Source: Alphaproteobacteria bacterium (lineage in GTDB: Bacteria > Pseudomonadota > Alphaproteobacteria > UBA8317). From it: 64,000 nucleotides of DNA. The notes below the pieces were generated by a model that saw nothing but the letters and a program-made list of their open reading frames with translations, was not told the origin of the DNA and made no database searches. The translations under genes were made by a program, and so were the position numbers. The stretch is from assembly GCA_038131935.1 (NCBI GenBank), contig JAYPQH010000017.1:32001-96000 (forward strand), given 5' to 3'. Shown piece by piece: positions 11,694 through 31,609 of the stretch (the stretch's first letter is position 1; each line of letters starts with the position of its first letter).

Positions 11694-12397
11694 TGGCTAC
11701 AAAAGCTGGGAAGCGTATCCGTAATCTTCGAGATGGCCGTGATTTTAAGGTCGTTATGAGTCTTCAAGATGCTGTTGCTGCGGTTAAAGAAACATCGAAT
11801 GCCAAATTTGATGAGACGGTAGAAGTCGCTATCAATCTTGGTGTTGATCCTCGTCACGCAGATCAGATGGTGCGTGGAGTTGTGAGTTTGCCGCATGGAA
11901 CAGGTAAGACGGTTCGTGTGGCTGTTTTCGCAAAGGATGCGAAGGCCGATGAAGCTAAAGAGGCGGGTGCTGATGTGGTAGGTGCCGAAGATCTGATGGA
12001 AGCTGTTCAAGGCGGAAAGATTGATTTTGATGTATGCATCGCAGCTCCTGATATGATGGCGATTGTTGGTCGCTTGGGAAAAATTTTAGGGCCAAGAGGG
12101 CTTATGCCTAACCCTCGGGTTGGCACTGTGACCCCAGATGTGGGCAAAGCTGTTCGTGATGCAAAAGGTGGTCAGGTGCAATTTCGTGTAGAAAAGGCGG
12201 GTATTATCCATGCTGGCGTTGGCAAAGCATCATTTCAGCCTGAGCAGCTTGTAGACAATATCAAAGCCCTTGTAGATGCCGTTGCACGTGCTAAGCCCAC
12301 GGGTGCTAAGGGTACGTATTTGAAAAGAATTGCTGTGAGTTCCACAATGGGACCCGGCTTTAAAGTCGAAGTGGGAAGTGTCGGGGCTGACGCTTAA
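11693..12397 (+). CDS. rplA: 50S ribosomal protein L1
   Basis: [36 protein letters not shown]; TGATG coupling with rplK. Confidence 0.99.
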   Translation: MATKAGKRIRNLRDGRDFKVVMSLQDAVAAVKETSNAKFDETVEVAINLGVDPRHADQMVRGVVSLPHGTGKTVRVAVFAKDAKADEAKEAGADVVGAEDLMEAVQGGKIDFDVCIAAPDMMAIVGRLGKILGPRGLMPNPRVGTVTPDVGKAVRDAKGGQVQFRVEKAGIIHAGVGKASFQPEQLVDNIKALVDAVARAKPTGAKGTYLKRIAVSSTMGPGFKVEVGSVGADA

Positions 12398-12433
12398 CCT
12401 GCTCGATCTTGTTGGGATTCGTTCCAACAAGGA

Positions 12434-12610
12434 CCTGTCCGAGACCAAGGGTGCTCCGGAGATGAAGTTCAAAGGAGCTTAATGATACGGCCGTTGGTAG
12501 ATGGGAGCGTCGAGTGAGGAAACTTAATCGGTGATCCTGAACGGGCATTCGCCGGCTATGAGGCAAGAGCATAACTTGTTCAACTCATGGCCATAACGTT
12601 AACAGGGTCC
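12434..12610 (+). promoter_or_regulatory. L10 leader (L10-L12 autoregulatory RNA) plus downstream hairpin
   Basis: CTGTCC-GAGA-CCAAGGG...TTAAT...CCGTTGG-TAGA-TGGG kink-turn-type pattern at 12434-12506. A second stem follows: GATCCTG/CAGGGTC enclosing GGCTATGAG/CTCATGGCC. Confidence 0.7.
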
Positions 12611-12646
12611 GCTATTATATGTGGATTCTAGTATGAGGAGCGAAAC

Positions 12647-13195
12647 ATGGACAGAGCCCAGAAACGGGAAATGGTAGGCCAGCTTTCAGAGGTCTTTTCC
12701 CAAGCAGGGGTTGTGGTGGTTGCCCACTACACTGGTCTGACCGTGGCGGATATGACGCAATTACGTAGTCAAATTCGTGACGCAGGCGCTAACTTCAAAG
12801 TTGTAAAAAATCGCCTGGCTAAAATCGCTCTCCATGGCACGCCAATGCAAGGGATTGCAGAGAAGTTCAACGGCCCAACGGCTATTGCATATTCAAATGA
12901 TCCTGTCGCAGCTCCCAAGGTTGTTACCCAATTCGCCAAGAAAAATGATAAATTGGTTGTTTTGGGTGCGGCACTGGGCAATACTGTCCTTGATTTGGAT
13001 GGTGTGAAGGCCCTGGTGGATATGCCACCAATCGAAGACTTGCGTAGCAAGCTTCTGGGTCTTTTGCAGGCACCTGCTTCCAAGCTTGTGGGGCTTCCAA
13101 ATGCTCCAGCACAAAAGCTTGTTGGTGTCTTACCAGCACCTGGCAGCCAGTTGGCCCGCGTGTTCCAGGCTTATTCCTCGAGCCAAGCGGCCTGA
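12647..13195 (+). CDS. rplJ: 50S ribosomal protein L10, 182 aa, with four 11-aa C-terminal L12-binding segments
   Basis: [36 protein letters not shown]. Confidence 0.99.
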   Translation: MDRAQKREMVGQLSEVFSQAGVVVVAHYTGLTVADMTQLRSQIRDAGANFKVVKNRLAKIALHGTPMQGIAEKFNGPTAIAYSNDPVAAPKVVTQFAKKNDKLVVLGAALGNTVLDLDGVKALVDMPPIEDLRSKLLGLLQAPASKLVGLPNAPAQKLVGVLPAPGSQLARVFQAYSSSQAA

Positions 13196-13232
13196 GCGTA
13201 ATTTATCCACTTAACCGAAAGAGAGAAAGAAA

Positions 13233-13625
13233 ATGGCAAATCTTGAGCAACTCGTGGAAGATCTTTCTTCCCTTACAGTTCTTGAAGCAGCTGAATTGGC
13301 AAAGCTTCTTGAAGATAAATGGGGCGTTTCTGCTGCTGCTGCAGCGCCCATGGCTATGCCGATGCCAGGTATGATGCCTGCAGCAGGCGGAGAAGCCGAA
13401 GCAGCTGAAGAGAAGACTGAATTTGATGTCATTTTGACGTCAGCAGGCGACAAAAAGATCAATGTGATTAAAGAAGTTCGCGGCATTACAGGTCTTGGCC
13501 TGAAAGAAGCAAAAGAACTTGTAGAAGGTGCGCCAAAGCCAATCAAAGAAGGTGTATCTAAGGATGAAGCAGAAGAGCTGAAGAAGAAGCTTGAAGAAGC
13601 CGGTGCCGGCGTTGAGCTTAAGTAA
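13233..13625 (+). CDS. rplL: 50S ribosomal protein L7/L12
   Basis: [50 protein letters not shown]. Confidence 0.99.
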   Translation: MANLEQLVEDLSSLTVLEAAELAKLLEDKWGVSAAAAAPMAMPMPGMMPAAGGEAEAAEEKTEFDVILTSAGDKKINVIKEVRGITGLGLKEAKELVEGAPKPIKEGVSKDEAEELKKKLEEAGAGVELK

Positions 13626-13654
13626 GCTTTGCTGCAGAGCATAGAAGAAAATCC

Positions 13655-13685
13655 AGGAAGCGCAAGCATGCTCGCGCTTCCTTTT
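13655..13685 (+). terminator. rplL-rpoB intergenic terminator/attenuator
   Basis: AGGAAGCGC-N10-GCGCTTCCT followed by TTT. Confidence 0.65.
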
Positions 13686-13723
13686 CGCCGTTATGGCATG
13701 GCAGTTATTTAAAGGGGTCAGAT

Positions 13724-22001
<8,278 letters not shown>

Positions 22002-22011
22002 GGGCTAACAC

Positions 22012-22039
22012 TTGACGGGGCTGGCTGATGTCGTGTAAT
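22012..22039 (+). promoter_or_regulatory. Putative sigma70 promoter of the str operon
   Basis: TTGACG-N16-TGTAAT just after the rpoC stop. Confidence 0.55.
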
Positions 22040-22046
22040 GGCCAGC

Positions 22047-22193
22047 TCTTACATATCCAATATTTGTTCATGGCGTGAACGGGTTGGATTTGTTCAGCGG
22101 TCGAATGGCTGTTCAAGATACGATATTCGTATCCTCTGGAAATCAAGGGTGCTTGGATAATCCGAGCGCTCATAATGTTTTTGTTGTGTAAGA
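22047..22193 (+). promoter_or_regulatory. Structured 5' leader of rpsL
   Basis: Closing helix TCTTACAT/GTGTAAGA enclosing hairpins at 22055-22089, 22117-22133 and 22147-22171. Confidence 0.55.
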
Positions 22194-22204
22194 AGGCGGG
22201 AAAT

Positions 22205-22576
22205 ATGCCCACGATTAACCAGTTAATCCGTAAGCCGCGTCAGGCCCAGGTGAAACGTAATAAAGTACCTGCTCTGTTGGCTTGTCCACAGAGACGCGGT
22301 GTGTGTACGCGTGTTTATACGACCACGCCAAAGAAGCCAAACTCTGCATTGCGTAAGGTCGCAAAGATACGTTTGACATCAGGCTTTGAGGTGATCGGAT
22401 ATATTCCGGGTGAGGGTCACAATTTGCAGGAGCACTCTGTTGTTCTCATCAGAGGTGGACGTGTGAAAGACCTTCCAGGTGTGCGTTATCATATTTTACG
22501 CGGCGTGCTTGACACACAAGGTGTTAAGGATCGTAAGCAGCGTCGTTCTAAATATGGCGCTAAGCGTCCTAAATAA
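22205..22576 (+). CDS. rpsL: 30S ribosomal protein S12
   Basis: [33 protein letters not shown]. Confidence 0.99.
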   Translation: MPTINQLIRKPRQAQVKRNKVPALLACPQRRGVCTRVYTTTPKKPNSALRKVAKIRLTSGFEVIGYIPGEGHNLQEHSVVLIRGGRVKDLPGVRYHILRGVLDTQGVKDRKQRRSKYGAKRPK

Positions 22577-22588
22577 GGAGATACACGA

Positions 22589-23059
22589 ATGTCACGACGT
22601 CATCGCGCGGAAAAAAGAGAAGTTTTGCCAGATGCTAAGTTTGGCGACGTTATCCTGACCAAATTTATGAATAACTTGATGTTGGACGGAAAAAAGTCGG
22701 TTGCTGAGCGTATTGTTTATGGCGCTCTTGATCGGATTGAAACCAAGTTGAAAACCGATCCTTTGTCAATTTTCCACGAGGCTCTTACCAACGTGTCGCC
22801 TGCTGTTGAAGTTCGTTCGAGACGTGTTGGTGGTGCGACATACCAGGTTCCTGTAGAAGTGCGTCCGGATCGTCGTCAGGCGTTGGCTGTGCGCTGGTTG
22901 ATCAATGCCGCGCGGTCCAGGGGGGAAACCACCATGGAAGAGCGGCTTTCAGCAGAGCTTGTTGATGCGGCTAACAACAGAGGGAATGCTGTGAAGAAGC
23001 GCGAAGATACGCACAAGATGGCTGAGGCCAACCGCGCGTTCTCGCATTATCGTTGGTAA
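22589..23059 (+). CDS. rpsG: 30S ribosomal protein S7
   Basis: [34 protein letters not shown]. Confidence 0.99.
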   Translation: MSRRHRAEKREVLPDAKFGDVILTKFMNNLMLDGKKSVAERIVYGALDRIETKLKTDPLSIFHEALTNVSPAVEVRSRRVGGATYQVPVEVRPDRRQALAVRWLINAARSRGETTMEERLSAELVDAANNRGNAVKKREDTHKMAEANRAFSHYRW

Positions 23060-23088
23060 TTTTTTAAATATTTTTTTGAGGCATACAG

Positions 23089-25170
23089 ATGGCACGCGAT
23101 AAGCAGCTAAGCGAATACCGCAACATAGGGATCATGGCACATATTGATGCTGGTAAGACCACGACCACAGAACGGATTTTGTTCTACACTGGTCGTAGTC
23201 ATAAGATTGGTGAGGTTCATGATGGTGCGGCCACTATGGACTGGATGGAGCAGGAGCAAGAGCGCGGTATAACAATCACGTCTGCTGCAACCACATGTTT
23301 TTGGCGCGATCACCGTATTAATATTATCGACACGCCGGGGCACGTTGATTTTACGATCGAAGTGGAACGTTCTTTGCGTGTTCTCGATGGAGCTGTTGCG
23401 GTATTTGACGGCAACGCTGGTGTTGAGCCGCAAACAGAAACGGTATGGCGTCAAGCTGACAAGTATCGCGTACCGCGCATGTGTTTCGTGAACAAGATGG
23501 ACAAGATGGGTGCTGATTTTTATCGCACCTACGACATGATCATTGATCGCTTGGGTGCGACCCCGCTTGCAATTCAAATTCCTGTTGGTGCTGAGGACAA
23601 GTATGAAGGTTTGATTGATCTCATCCGGATGAAAAACGTCGTTTGGGAAGGTGAAAATCTTGGTGCGTCTTACACATATGAGGACATCCCAGAAGACTTG
23701 AAGGATCAGGCCGAAGAGTGGCGCAATAAGATGATCGAAACGGTCGTTGAATTGGACGAAGAAGCGCTTGAGGCTTATCTTGAAGGTGAAGAGCCATCTG
23801 AAGACAAAATAAGGGAACTCATCCGCAAAGGTACCATTAATTTTGATTTTGTACCTGTATTATGTGGTTCCGCTTTTAAAAATAAGGGTGTCCAGCCTTT
23901 GTTGGATGCTGTCGTCGATTTCCTGCCATCTCCTGTTGATGTTGAGTCTATTAAGGGTTTCAAAGTTGGTGATGAGACAGTTGAGGTGCCTCGTAAGGCG
24001 GATGATAATGAGCCGTTTTCAGCGCTCGCCTTTAAGATCATGAACGACCCATTTGTTGGATCGCTGACATTTACGCGTGTATATTCAGGGGTTATTGAAG
24101 CGGGTCAATCTGTTATTAACCCTGCGAAAGATAAGCGCGAGCGTGTTGGTCGTATGTTGCTTATGCATTCTAATCACCGTGAAGAGATTAAAGAAGCGCG
24201 CGCTGGTGATATCGTTGCGATTGTCGGTTTGAAGGATACAACTACTGGCGATACTTTGTGTGACCCAGTTAAGCCTGTGGTGCTTGAGTCAATGGAATTC
24301 CCTGATCCTGTTATTGAGATCGCTGTTGAGCCAAAGACGAAGGCTGACCAGGAAAAAATGTCAAATGCTCTTCAGCGTTTGGCGCAAGAAGATCCGTCTT
24401 TCCGCGTAACGTCTGATATTGAGTCCGGCCAGACCATTTTAAAGGGGATGGGTGAACTTCACTTAGATATCTTAATTGATCGCATGAAGCGCGAATTTAA
24501 GGTGGAGGCCAATATTGGTGCCCCACAAGTTGCCTACCGTGAGACATTAGGTCGGGAAATTGAGGTTGATTATACCCATAAGAAGCAATCTGGTGGTTCG
24601 GGTCAGTTTGCACGGGTTAAAATGATTGTATCTCCGAACGAGCCTGGTCAAGGTGAATCTTTTACATCCGAGATCGTTGGGGGCTCTGTCCCACGCGAGT
24701 ATATCCCTGGTGTTGAGAAGGGCATTAATTCAGTTAAAGACTCCGGTCCGTTGGCTGGCTTCCCTGTTATAGATTTCAATGTTCGGCTCATTGATGGTGC
24801 ATACCATGATGTCGACTCATCCGTTCTTGCATTTGAAATTGCCGGCAGAGCCGCGATGCGGGAGGCCATTCAGAAGGCGGATCCCAAGCTGCTTGAGCCA
24901 ATCATGAAGGTCGAGGTTGTAACCCCAGAAGAGTATATGGGTGATGTCATTGGTGATCTTAATAGCCGCCGAGGTCAAATCTCAGGTACAGAGTCTCGTG
25001 GTGTTGCGACTGTGATTATGGCTAATGTTCCACTGGCCAACATGTTTGGTTATGTGAACAACCTTCGCTCGATGACGCAGGGCAGAGCGCAGTATTCTAT
25101 GGTCTTTTCACATTATGAACCTGTTCCAAACGCTGTCGCTGAAGAAATCAAAGCGAAATACGCAAGCTGA
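23089..25170 (+). CDS. fusA: Elongation factor G
   Basis: [30 protein letters not shown]; 693 aa. Confidence 0.99.
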   Translation: MARDKQLSEYRNIGIMAHIDAGKTTTTERILFYTGRSHKIGEVHDGAATMDWMEQEQERGITITSAATTCFWRDHRINIIDTPGHVDFTIEVERSLRVLDGAVAVFDGNAGVEPQTETVWRQADKYRVPRMCFVNKMDKMGADFYRTYDMIIDRLGATPLAIQIPVGAEDKYEGLIDLIRMKNVVWEGENLGASYTYEDIPEDLKDQAEEWRNKMIETVVELDEEALEAYLEGEEPSEDKIRELIRKGTINFDFVPVLCGSAFKNKGVQPLLDAVVDFLPSPVDVESIKGFKVGDETVEVPRKADDNEPFSALAFKIMNDPFVGSLTFTRVYSGVIEAGQSVINPAKDKRERVGRMLLMHSNHREEIKEARAGDIVAIVGLKDTTTGDTLCDPVKPVVLESMEFPDPVIEIAVEPKTKADQEKMSNALQRLAQEDPSFRVTSDIESGQTILKGMGELHLDILIDRMKREFKVEANIGAPQVAYRETLGREIEVDYTHKKQSGGSGQFARVKMIVSPNEPGQGESFTSEIVGGSVPREYIPGVEKGINSVKDSGPLAGFPVIDFNVRLIDGAYHDVDSSVLAFEIAGRAAMREAIQKADPKLLEPIMKVEVVTPEEYMGDVIGDLNSRRGQISGTESRGVATVIMANVPLANMFGYVNNLRSMTQGRAQYSMVFSHYEPVPNAVAEEIKAKYAS

Positions 25171-25197
25171 TTTATTTTTATTTAAGGAGTTTATGTC

Positions 25198-26388
25198 ATG
25201 GCAAAAGCAAAGTTTGAGCGTAACAAGCCGCACTGCAACATAGGGACGATTGGGCATGTTGACCATGGTAAGACGTCATTGACTGCAGCGATCACGAAGA
25301 TATTGGCGGAAGCTGGTGGAGCTGAGTTTGCGGCCTATGATGATATTGATAAGGCCCCGGAAGAGAAGGCCCGTGGTATAACGATATCGACGGCACATGT
25401 TGAGTATGAGACGGAAGCCCGTCACTATGCGCATGTTGATTGCCCAGGTCACGCGGATTACGTGAAGAACATGATCACGGGAGCTGCGCAGATGGACGGA
25501 GCGATATTGGTTGTTTCAGCTGCTGATGGGCCTATGCCGCAGACACGTGAGCATATTTTGTTGGCACGTCAGGTTGGTGTTCCAGCGTTGGTTGTGTTTT
25601 TGAACAAGGTAGATCAGGTAGACGACGAAGAGTTGTTGGAGCTTGTAGAGATGGAAGTTCAAGAGCTTTTGACGGAGTATGAGTTTCCTGGTGATGAGAT
25701 TCCGATTATTAAGGGTTCAGCGTTGTCAGCGTTGGAAGATCGGAATGACGAGATTGGTCGTAATGCGATATTGGAGCTGATGCAGGCTGTTGATGATTAT
25801 ATTCCGCAGCCGGATCGTCCGATTGACCAGGACTTTTTGATGCCGATTGAAGATGTATTTTCGATTTCGGGTCGTGGTACTGTTGTGACGGGACGTATTG
25901 AGCGTGGTATTTTGTCAGTAGGTGATGAAGTCGAGATTATTGGGATCCGGGATACGCAGAAGACGACCTGTACAGGTGTTGAGATGTTCCGTAAGTTGTT
26001 GGATCGCGGAGAAGCTGGAGACAATGTTGGAGCGTTGTTGCGTGGTATTGACCGTGAGGGTGTTGAGCGAGGTCAGGTATTGGCGAAGCCAGGATCGATT
26101 AAGCCGCACACGAAGTTTAAGGCTGAGACTTATATTTTGACGAAGGAAGAAGGTGGTCGTCACACGCCATTTTTTGCGAATTATCGTCCTCAGTTTTACT
26201 TCCGGACGACGGATGTTACCGGGATGGTGAAGTTACCGGATGGAACAGAGATGGTTATGCCTGGAGATAACATTGCGCTTGAGGTTGAGTTGATAGCTCC
26301 GATTGCGATGGAAGAGGGTTTACGCTTTGCGATCCGTGAAGGTGGCCGCACGGTCGGTGCTGGGGTTGTGGCGACAGTTCTGGACTGA
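25198..26388 (+). CDS. tuf: Elongation factor Tu (copy 2)
   Basis: Protein identical to copy 1; usual str-operon position after fusA. Confidence 0.99.
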   Translation: MAKAKFERNKPHCNIGTIGHVDHGKTSLTAAITKILAEAGGAEFAAYDDIDKAPEEKARGITISTAHVEYETEARHYAHVDCPGHADYVKNMITGAAQMDGAILVVSAADGPMPQTREHILLARQVGVPALVVFLNKVDQVDDEELLELVEMEVQELLTEYEFPGDEIPIIKGSALSALEDRNDEIGRNAILELMQAVDDYIPQPDRPIDQDFLMPIEDVFSISGRGTVVTGRIERGILSVGDEVEIIGIRDTQKTTCTGVEMFRKLLDRGEAGDNVGALLRGIDREGVERGQVLAKPGSIKPHTKFKAETYILTKEEGGRHTPFFANYRPQFYFRTTDVTGMVKLPDGTEMVMPGDNIALEVELIAPIAMEEGLRFAIREGGRTVGAGVVATVLD

Positions 26389-26458
26389 TCTGTCCAACAT
26401 GTAAGGTTCCCGACCGGGCTATTGGTTCCCGGTCGGTGTTGTTTTAGGAAGGTTTGAA

Positions 26459-26767
26459 ATGCTTGGTCAAAATATAAGAATCCGTCTCAAGGCGTTTGAT
26501 CATCGAATTCTCGATGCGTCTACAAAAGAGATCGTGAATACTGCTAAAAGAACAGGTGCCCAGGTTCGTGGGCCCATACCATTGCCGACTCGTATTGAGC
26601 GTTTCACCGTTCTTCGTTCTCCTCACATCGATAAGAAAAGTCGTGAGCAGTTCGAAATGCGCACACATAAGCGCATGTTAGATATAGTTGATCCAACACC
26701 CCAGACAATTGATGCGCTGATGAAACTTGATTTGGCTGCGGGTGTGGATGTTGAAATTCGGACTTAA
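26459..26767 (+). CDS. rpsJ: 30S ribosomal protein S10
   Basis: [28 protein letters not shown]. Confidence 0.99.
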   Translation: MLGQNIRIRLKAFDHRILDASTKEIVNTAKRTGAQVRGPIPLPTRIERFTVLRSPHIDKKSREQFEMRTHKRMLDIVDPTPQTIDALMKLDLAAGVDVEIRT

Positions 26768-26778
26768 GGGGATTGACC

Positions 26779-27537
26779 ATGCGTTCGGGACTAATCGCCC
26801 AAAAAATGGGCATGACCAGGATTTACTCTCCTGACGGTAAGGGGATACCTGTTACCGTGTTAAAGGTTGATAATTGCCAAGTTGTTGGCCATCGCACGAA
26901 GGAGCAGAACGGCTACACCGCTGTTCAGCTTGGAGCTGGTAACAGAAAGGCGAAAAATGTGAGCAGGGCAATGCGTGGTCACTTTGCTATTGCTGAGGTT
27001 GAACCCAAGCATAAGCTTGTTGAGTTTCGTGTTTCTGATGACAATTTGATTGCTGTGGGTGCTTCTATGAAGGCTGACCACTTTGTGGCTGGTCAGTTTG
27101 TTGATGTTGTGGGGACGTCGATTGGTAAGGGCTTTGCTGGTGCCATGAAACGCCATAACTTCGGTGGTTTAAGAGCCTCACACGGCGTGTCTATTTCGCA
27201 CCGTTCACATGGTTCCACAGGTCAATGTCAGGACCCGGGCCGTGTTTTTAAGGGTAAAAAGATGGCCGGGCATATGGGTGCTGAGCGCGTTACCGCACAA
27301 AATTTAGAAGTTATTGGTATCGACAATGAGCGCGGGCTTGTTTTGGTAAAAGGTGCGGTTCCTGGTTCTAAGGGCGGTTGGGTTATGATTCGTGACGCCG
27401 CGAAAAAGTCGTTGCCTGCTGGCGCGCCAAAACCGGGTTCTTTTGTTCTTCCTGGCGAAGAATTGGCTCAGGTAGATACCTCAATTGCTTCTGGTGATGC
27501 TGCTCCTGAAGTGCAAGGACAGGGAGCAGAGGCATGA
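26779..27537 (+). CDS. rplC: 50S ribosomal protein L3
   Basis: [36 protein letters not shown]. Confidence 0.99.
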   Translation: MRSGLIAQKMGMTRIYSPDGKGIPVTVLKVDNCQVVGHRTKEQNGYTAVQLGAGNRKAKNVSRAMRGHFAIAEVEPKHKLVEFRVSDDNLIAVGASMKADHFVAGQFVDVVGTSIGKGFAGAMKRHNFGGLRASHGVSISHRSHGSTGQCQDPGRVFKGKKMAGHMGAERVTAQNLEVIGIDNERGLVLVKGAVPGSKGGWVMIRDAAKKSLPAGAPKPGSFVLPGEELAQVDTSIASGDAAPEVQGQGAEA

Positions 27538-28151
27538 AGATTGATATTAAAAATGTTGGCGCAGACAAAGTGGGTGAGATGGATCTTGCTGATTCCATTT
27601 TTGGTGTCGAAGCTCGCTCAGATATATTGCATAGAGTTGTCACGTGGCAGTTGGCGAAGCGTCAGGCAGGCACACACGCCACAAAAACCCGTTCACAGGT
27701 TGTTGGTTCTGGTCGCAAAATTGTTCGTCAAAAAGGTAGCGGTGGTGCTCGTCACGGTGACAAGTATGCGACCCAATTTCGTGGTGGTGGTATCCCTCAT
27801 GGACCCAAAGCTCGTAGTCATGCGGTCAGCTTGAATAAGAAAATTCGCTCTTTGGGACTTAAAATGGCTCTTTCATCTAAGGCTCAGCAGGGTAGATTGA
27901 TTGTTGTTGATGACATGGTTCTCTCTGATTACAAGACCAAAGATGCAAAGGCATTCATAGATCGGTTTGGGATCAATTCGGGATTGTTTTTGGATGTTGA
28001 TTTCAAGAAAGAGTTTGTTGCGAGTGCACGTAACCTCGTTGGTGTGGATTTAATTCCAGTTGCTGGTGCAAATGTTTACGATATTTTGCGTCGTGATTTT
28101 TTGGTTTTGTCAAAAGCTGCAGCTGAAAAACTTGAGGAGCGATTGTCATGA
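27534..28151 (+). CDS. rplD: 50S ribosomal protein L4
   Basis: [28 protein letters not shown]. Confidence 0.98.
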   Translation: MKIDIKNVGADKVGEMDLADSIFGVEARSDILHRVVTWQLAKRQAGTHATKTRSQVVGSGRKIVRQKGSGGARHGDKYATQFRGGGIPHGPKARSHAVSLNKKIRSLGLKMALSSKAQQGRLIVVDDMVLSDYKTKDAKAFIDRFGINSGLFLDVDFKKEFVASARNLVGVDLIPVAGANVYDILRRDFLVLSKAAAEKLEERLS

Positions 28152-28441
28152 GCAATCTACGCCATTATGACGTTATTCTTTCACCTGTTATCACAGAAAA
28201 AGCTACACTTGGCTCCGAATTTGGGCAGGTGCAGTTTAAAGTGGCAATTGACGCCAACAAGCTTGAAATCAAACGAGCCGTGGAAGAGCTTTTTGATGTA
28301 AAGGTCAAGGCTGTGAACACGATAAAGGTAAAAGGTAAGACGAAGTTGTTTCGTGGGCGCGTTGGGCGTCGGAGTGATTACAAAAAAGCTATTGTTAGCC
28401 TCGAAGATGGTCACTCTATTGATGTAACAACCGGCGTTTGA
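28148..28441 (+). CDS. rplW: 50S ribosomal protein L23
   Basis: [15 protein letters not shown]; operon position. Confidence 0.98.
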   Translation: MSNLRHYDVILSPVITEKATLGSEFGQVQFKVAIDANKLEIKRAVEELFDVKVKAVNTIKVKGKTKLFRGRVGRRSDYKKAIVSLEDGHSIDVTTGV

Positions 28442-28454
28442 GAAGGGGATTACG

Positions 28455-29291
28455 ATGGCTTTAAAACAATACAAACCTAATACCCCTGGTCAACGTACTT
28501 TGGTTCTTGTTGATCGTTCACAGCTTTGGAAGGGTGGGCCTGTTAAGTCTTTGACAGAGGGTCTTACCAAGTCTGGTGGTCGTAATAATAATGGACGTGT
28601 TACTGCGCGTCGTCGCGGCGGTGGCCACAAGCGCTCGTACCGTATTATTGACTTCAAGCGCCGTAAATTTGACGTCCCTGCAACAATCGAACGTTTGGAA
28701 TATGATCCAAACAGAACTGCCTTCATTGCTTTGGTTCGGTATGAAGATGGTGAGCTTGCATATGTTCTTGCTCCGCAGCGTGTTGCTGTTGGTGACGTCA
28801 TTGTTTCTGGGAGCAAGGTTGATGTGCGCCCAGGTAATGCAATGCCTTTTACGGGAATGCCTGTTGGTACAATTGTACATAACGTAGAATTGAAGCCTGG
28901 TGCGGGTGGAAAGATTGCACGTTCAGCTGGTGCGTATGCTCAATATGTTGGTCGTGATGGTGGCTATGCTGTCTTGCGTCTTTCTTCTGGGGAGCAGCGT
29001 GTCGTTCTTGCTGATTGCATGGCAACGGTGGGCGCTGTTTCAAATGCGGACCATATGAACCAAAATTTTGGTAAGGCGGGTCGTAACCGGTGGAAGGGTA
29101 AAAGGCCTTCTGTTCGTGGTGTGGCGATGAACCCGATTGATCACCCGCATGGTGGTGGTGAAGGACGTACATCCGGTGGACGTCATCCTGTTACGCCTTG
29201 GGGTAAACCTACGAAAGGTAAACGGACTCGTTCAAATAAATCTACCGATAAATATATTACGCGCAGCAGACATCTGCGTAAGCAGCGCTAA
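28455..29291 (+). CDS. rplB: 50S ribosomal protein L2
   Basis: [28 protein letters not shown]. Confidence 0.99.
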   Translation: MALKQYKPNTPGQRTLVLVDRSQLWKGGPVKSLTEGLTKSGGRNNNGRVTARRRGGGHKRSYRIIDFKRRKFDVPATIERLEYDPNRTAFIALVRYEDGELAYVLAPQRVAVGDVIVSGSKVDVRPGNAMPFTGMPVGTIVHNVELKPGAGGKIARSAGAYAQYVGRDGGYAVLRLSSGEQRVVLADCMATVGAVSNADHMNQNFGKAGRNRWKGKRPSVRGVAMNPIDHPHGGGEGRTSGGRHPVTPWGKPTKGKRTRSNKSTDKYITRSRHLRKQR

Positions 29292-29302
29292 GGAGTTCAT
29301 TT

Positions 29303-29582
29303 ATGGCACGTTCAGTCTGGAAGGGCCCTTTTGTTGATCATTATTTGTTCAAGAAGGTTGAAGCGGCTCAGGAATCTAAGAAAAAAGAAGTGATTAAGAT
29401 TTGGTCTCGCAGATCTACAATCCTTCCGCATTTTGTTGGGCTTACTTTTGGCGTTTACAATGGGCAAAAACATATTCCTGTGAATGTTACAGAGGATATG
29501 ATTGGGCATAAGTTCGGTGAATTTGCTCCCCACACGTACCTATTACGGTCATGGTGCGGACAAGAAAGCCAAGAGGAAATAG
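29303..29582 (+). CDS. rpsS: 30S ribosomal protein S19 (+1 indel near 29530)
   Basis: [12 protein letters not shown]...[25 protein letters not shown] after removing one C from CCCC (92 aa). Confidence 0.95.
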
Positions 29583-29584
29583 GC

Positions 29585-29965
29585 ATGGGTAAGAAATCTG
29601 CAGCAAGGGCTCTGCCCGATAATGAAGCTAAAGCGGTACTTAGGATGCTAAGGGTTAGTCCGCAAAAATTAAATGTGGTAGCGGGTATGATCCGTGGAAA
29701 GCCTGTTGATAAAGCGTTGACCGCTTTGTCCTTTTCACGTCGTCGGATAGCTGATGATGTAAGGAAATGTTTGCAGTCAGCGGTTGCCAACGCCGAAAAC
29801 AATCATGATTTAGATGTTGATAGCTTGATCGTAAGTGAAGCCAGTGTTGGTAAAAACCTTGTCATGAAGCGCTTCAAACCGCGGGCACGAGGCCGCATGG
29901 GTCGCATTCAGAAGCCATTTTCGCAACTAACGATCGTGGTCCGTAGCATGGAGGAACAAGCCTAA
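29585..29965 (+). CDS. rplV: 50S ribosomal protein L22
   Basis: [34 protein letters not shown]. Confidence 0.97.
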   Translation: MGKKSAARALPDNEAKAVLRMLRVSPQKLNVVAGMIRGKPVDKALTALSFSRRRIADDVRKCLQSAVANAENNHDLDVDSLIVSEASVGKNLVMKRFKPRARGRMGRIQKPFSQLTIVVRSMEEQA

Positions 29966-30657
29966 TGGGACAGAAAATTAATCCAATTGGCTTTCGTTTG
30001 GGTATTAACCGGACTTGGGAATCACGTTGGTTTGCCGTGAAAGGCGAGTATGGTAAATTGCTTCATGAAGACTTGGCGATAAGGAACTTTTTGCGCAAGA
30101 ATTTGACGCAAGCCGGCATCGGTAAGATTGTTATTGAGCGTCCACACAAGAAATGTCGCGTAACGCTTTATTCTGCACGCCCTGGTGTTATTATCGGTAA
30201 AAAAGGCGCAGATATTGAGAAGCTTCGTAAGCAGCTAAGTCGCTTTACCGAGTCAGAATTACATTTGAATATTGTAGAAATTCGAAAGCCAGAGATAGAT
30301 GCCACGTTGATTGCCGAGTCAGTTGCCCAGCAATTGGAACGTCGCGTTGCTTTTCGTCGGGCTATGAAACGAGCTATGCAAAATGCCATGAGGATGGGTG
30401 CATTAGGTATTCGTATTTCTTGTGCTGGTCGTCTGGGTGGAGCTGAGATTGCTCGTACAGAACAATATCGTGAGGGACGTGTTCCTCTTCATACATTGCG
30501 TGCCGACATTGATTATGGAGAGGCTCGTTCTTTTAGTGCATATGGGATTAGTGGCATTAAAGTCTGGGTGTTTAAGGGAGAAGTGATGGATCATGATCCT
30601 TCTGCCCAAGAGCGTCGTATGCAGGAAATGCAAGAAGGTAGCCGTCCTCGTCTCTGA
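29965..30657 (+). CDS. rpsC: 30S ribosomal protein S3
   Basis: [37 protein letters not shown]. Confidence 0.99.
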   Translation: MGQKINPIGFRLGINRTWESRWFAVKGEYGKLLHEDLAIRNFLRKNLTQAGIGKIVIERPHKKCRVTLYSARPGVIIGKKGADIEKLRKQLSRFTESELHLNIVEIRKPEIDATLIAESVAQQLERRVAFRRAMKRAMQNAMRMGALGIRISCAGRLGGAEIARTEQYREGRVPLHTLRADIDYGEARSFSAYGISGIKVWVFKGEVMDHDPSAQERRMQEMQEGSRPRL

Positions 30658-30690
30658 CAGGGCGGATGTTAACGAAAGGATTGTCAGGTT

Positions 30691-31104
30691 ATGCTGCAGC
30701 CAAAACGTACAAAATTTCGGAAGATGCACAAGGGTCGTATCCACGGCGTTGCGCATCGTGGTAGTACACTTAACTTTGGCTCTTTCGGCTTGAAGACCGT
30801 CGAGCCTGAGCGGATTACGTCGCGCCAAATCGAGGCGGCAAGGCGTGCTATTACAAGACATATGAAGAGACAGGGTCGTGTTTGGATTCGGGTTTTCCCA
30901 GATGTACCTGTTTCAAAGAAGCCGACAGAAGTTCGAATGGGTAAGGGTAAGGGTTCTCCAGAATATTGGGCAGCCAAGATCAAGCCTGGTCGCATTATGT
31001 TTGAAGTTGACGGTGTGAGTGAACCTGTGGCACGCGAGGCGCTTCGTTTGGGTGGTGAAAAACTTCCTGTTCGCTGGAAGATTGTCGCGCGCATTGAAGA
31101 GTAA
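30691..31104 (+). CDS. rplP: 50S ribosomal protein L16
   Basis: [18 protein letters not shown]. Confidence 0.99.
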   Translation: MLQPKRTKFRKMHKGRIHGVAHRGSTLNFGSFGLKTVEPERITSRQIEAARRAITRHMKRQGRVWIRVFPDVPVSKKPTEVRMGKGKGSPEYWAAKIKPGRIMFEVDGVSEPVAREALRLGGEKLPVRWKIVARIEE

Positions 31105-31118
31105 TTGAGGATATTGAA

Positions 31119-31325
31119 ATGATGAAGGCTAATGAAGTTCGCGCAATGTCCGTAGACCAATTGCAAGACGAGTTGGTAAAATTGAAACGTGCGCAGTTAA
31201 ATTTGCGCTTTCAACAGGCAACTGGTCAGCTTGAGAAGAGTTCGGAGTTTAAGCGTGTGCGTCGGAATATTGCGCGCATTAAGACCATGCTAGCGGAAAA
31301 AACCAACGCAACCGTTGGTGCCTGA
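31119..31325 (+). CDS. rpmC: 50S ribosomal protein L29
   Basis: [11 protein letters not shown]...RRNIARIKT. Confidence 0.97.
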   Translation: MMKANEVRAMSVDQLQDELVKLKRAQLNLRFQQATGQLEKSSEFKRVRRNIARIKTMLAEKTNATVGA

Positions 31326-31336
31326 GGGGAAATAAG

Positions 31337-31579
31337 ATGCCTAAAAGAATGCTTCAAGGTCAGGTAGTGAGTGACAAAAGTGATAAAACGATTGTTGTGC
31401 GTGTGGAACGGCGCTTTACCCACCCTGCTATGAAAAAAACAGTCCGTACATCCAAAAAGTATCATGCACATGACGAGTTGAATACGGCTCGTGAAGGTCA
31501 AGTGGTGTGGATTGAGGAATGTGTTCCTATCTCTAAGAACAAAAAGTGGAAGCTTGTGGTAGAATCCACAGCATCTTGA
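31337..31579 (+). CDS. rpsQ: 30S ribosomal protein S17
   Basis: [29 protein letters not shown]. Confidence 0.98.
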   Translation: MPKRMLQGQVVSDKSDKTIVVRVERRFTHPAMKKTVRTSKKYHAHDELNTAREGQVVWIEECVPISKNKKWKLVVESTAS

Positions 31580-31609
31580 AATTATGGCAATTCTAAGGAG
31601 TAGAATGTA

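Noticed and set aside
27400-27537. Acidic, Ala-rich C-terminal tail on L3
   Set aside because: Such tails are common on alphaproteobacterial L3.
29303-29965. Apparent S19-L22 fusion protein (220 aa ORF)
   Set aside because: One extra C in CCCC near 29530 shifts rpsS into the rplV frame. The normal S19 C-terminus, TAG (29580-82) and rplV ATG (29585) are all present.
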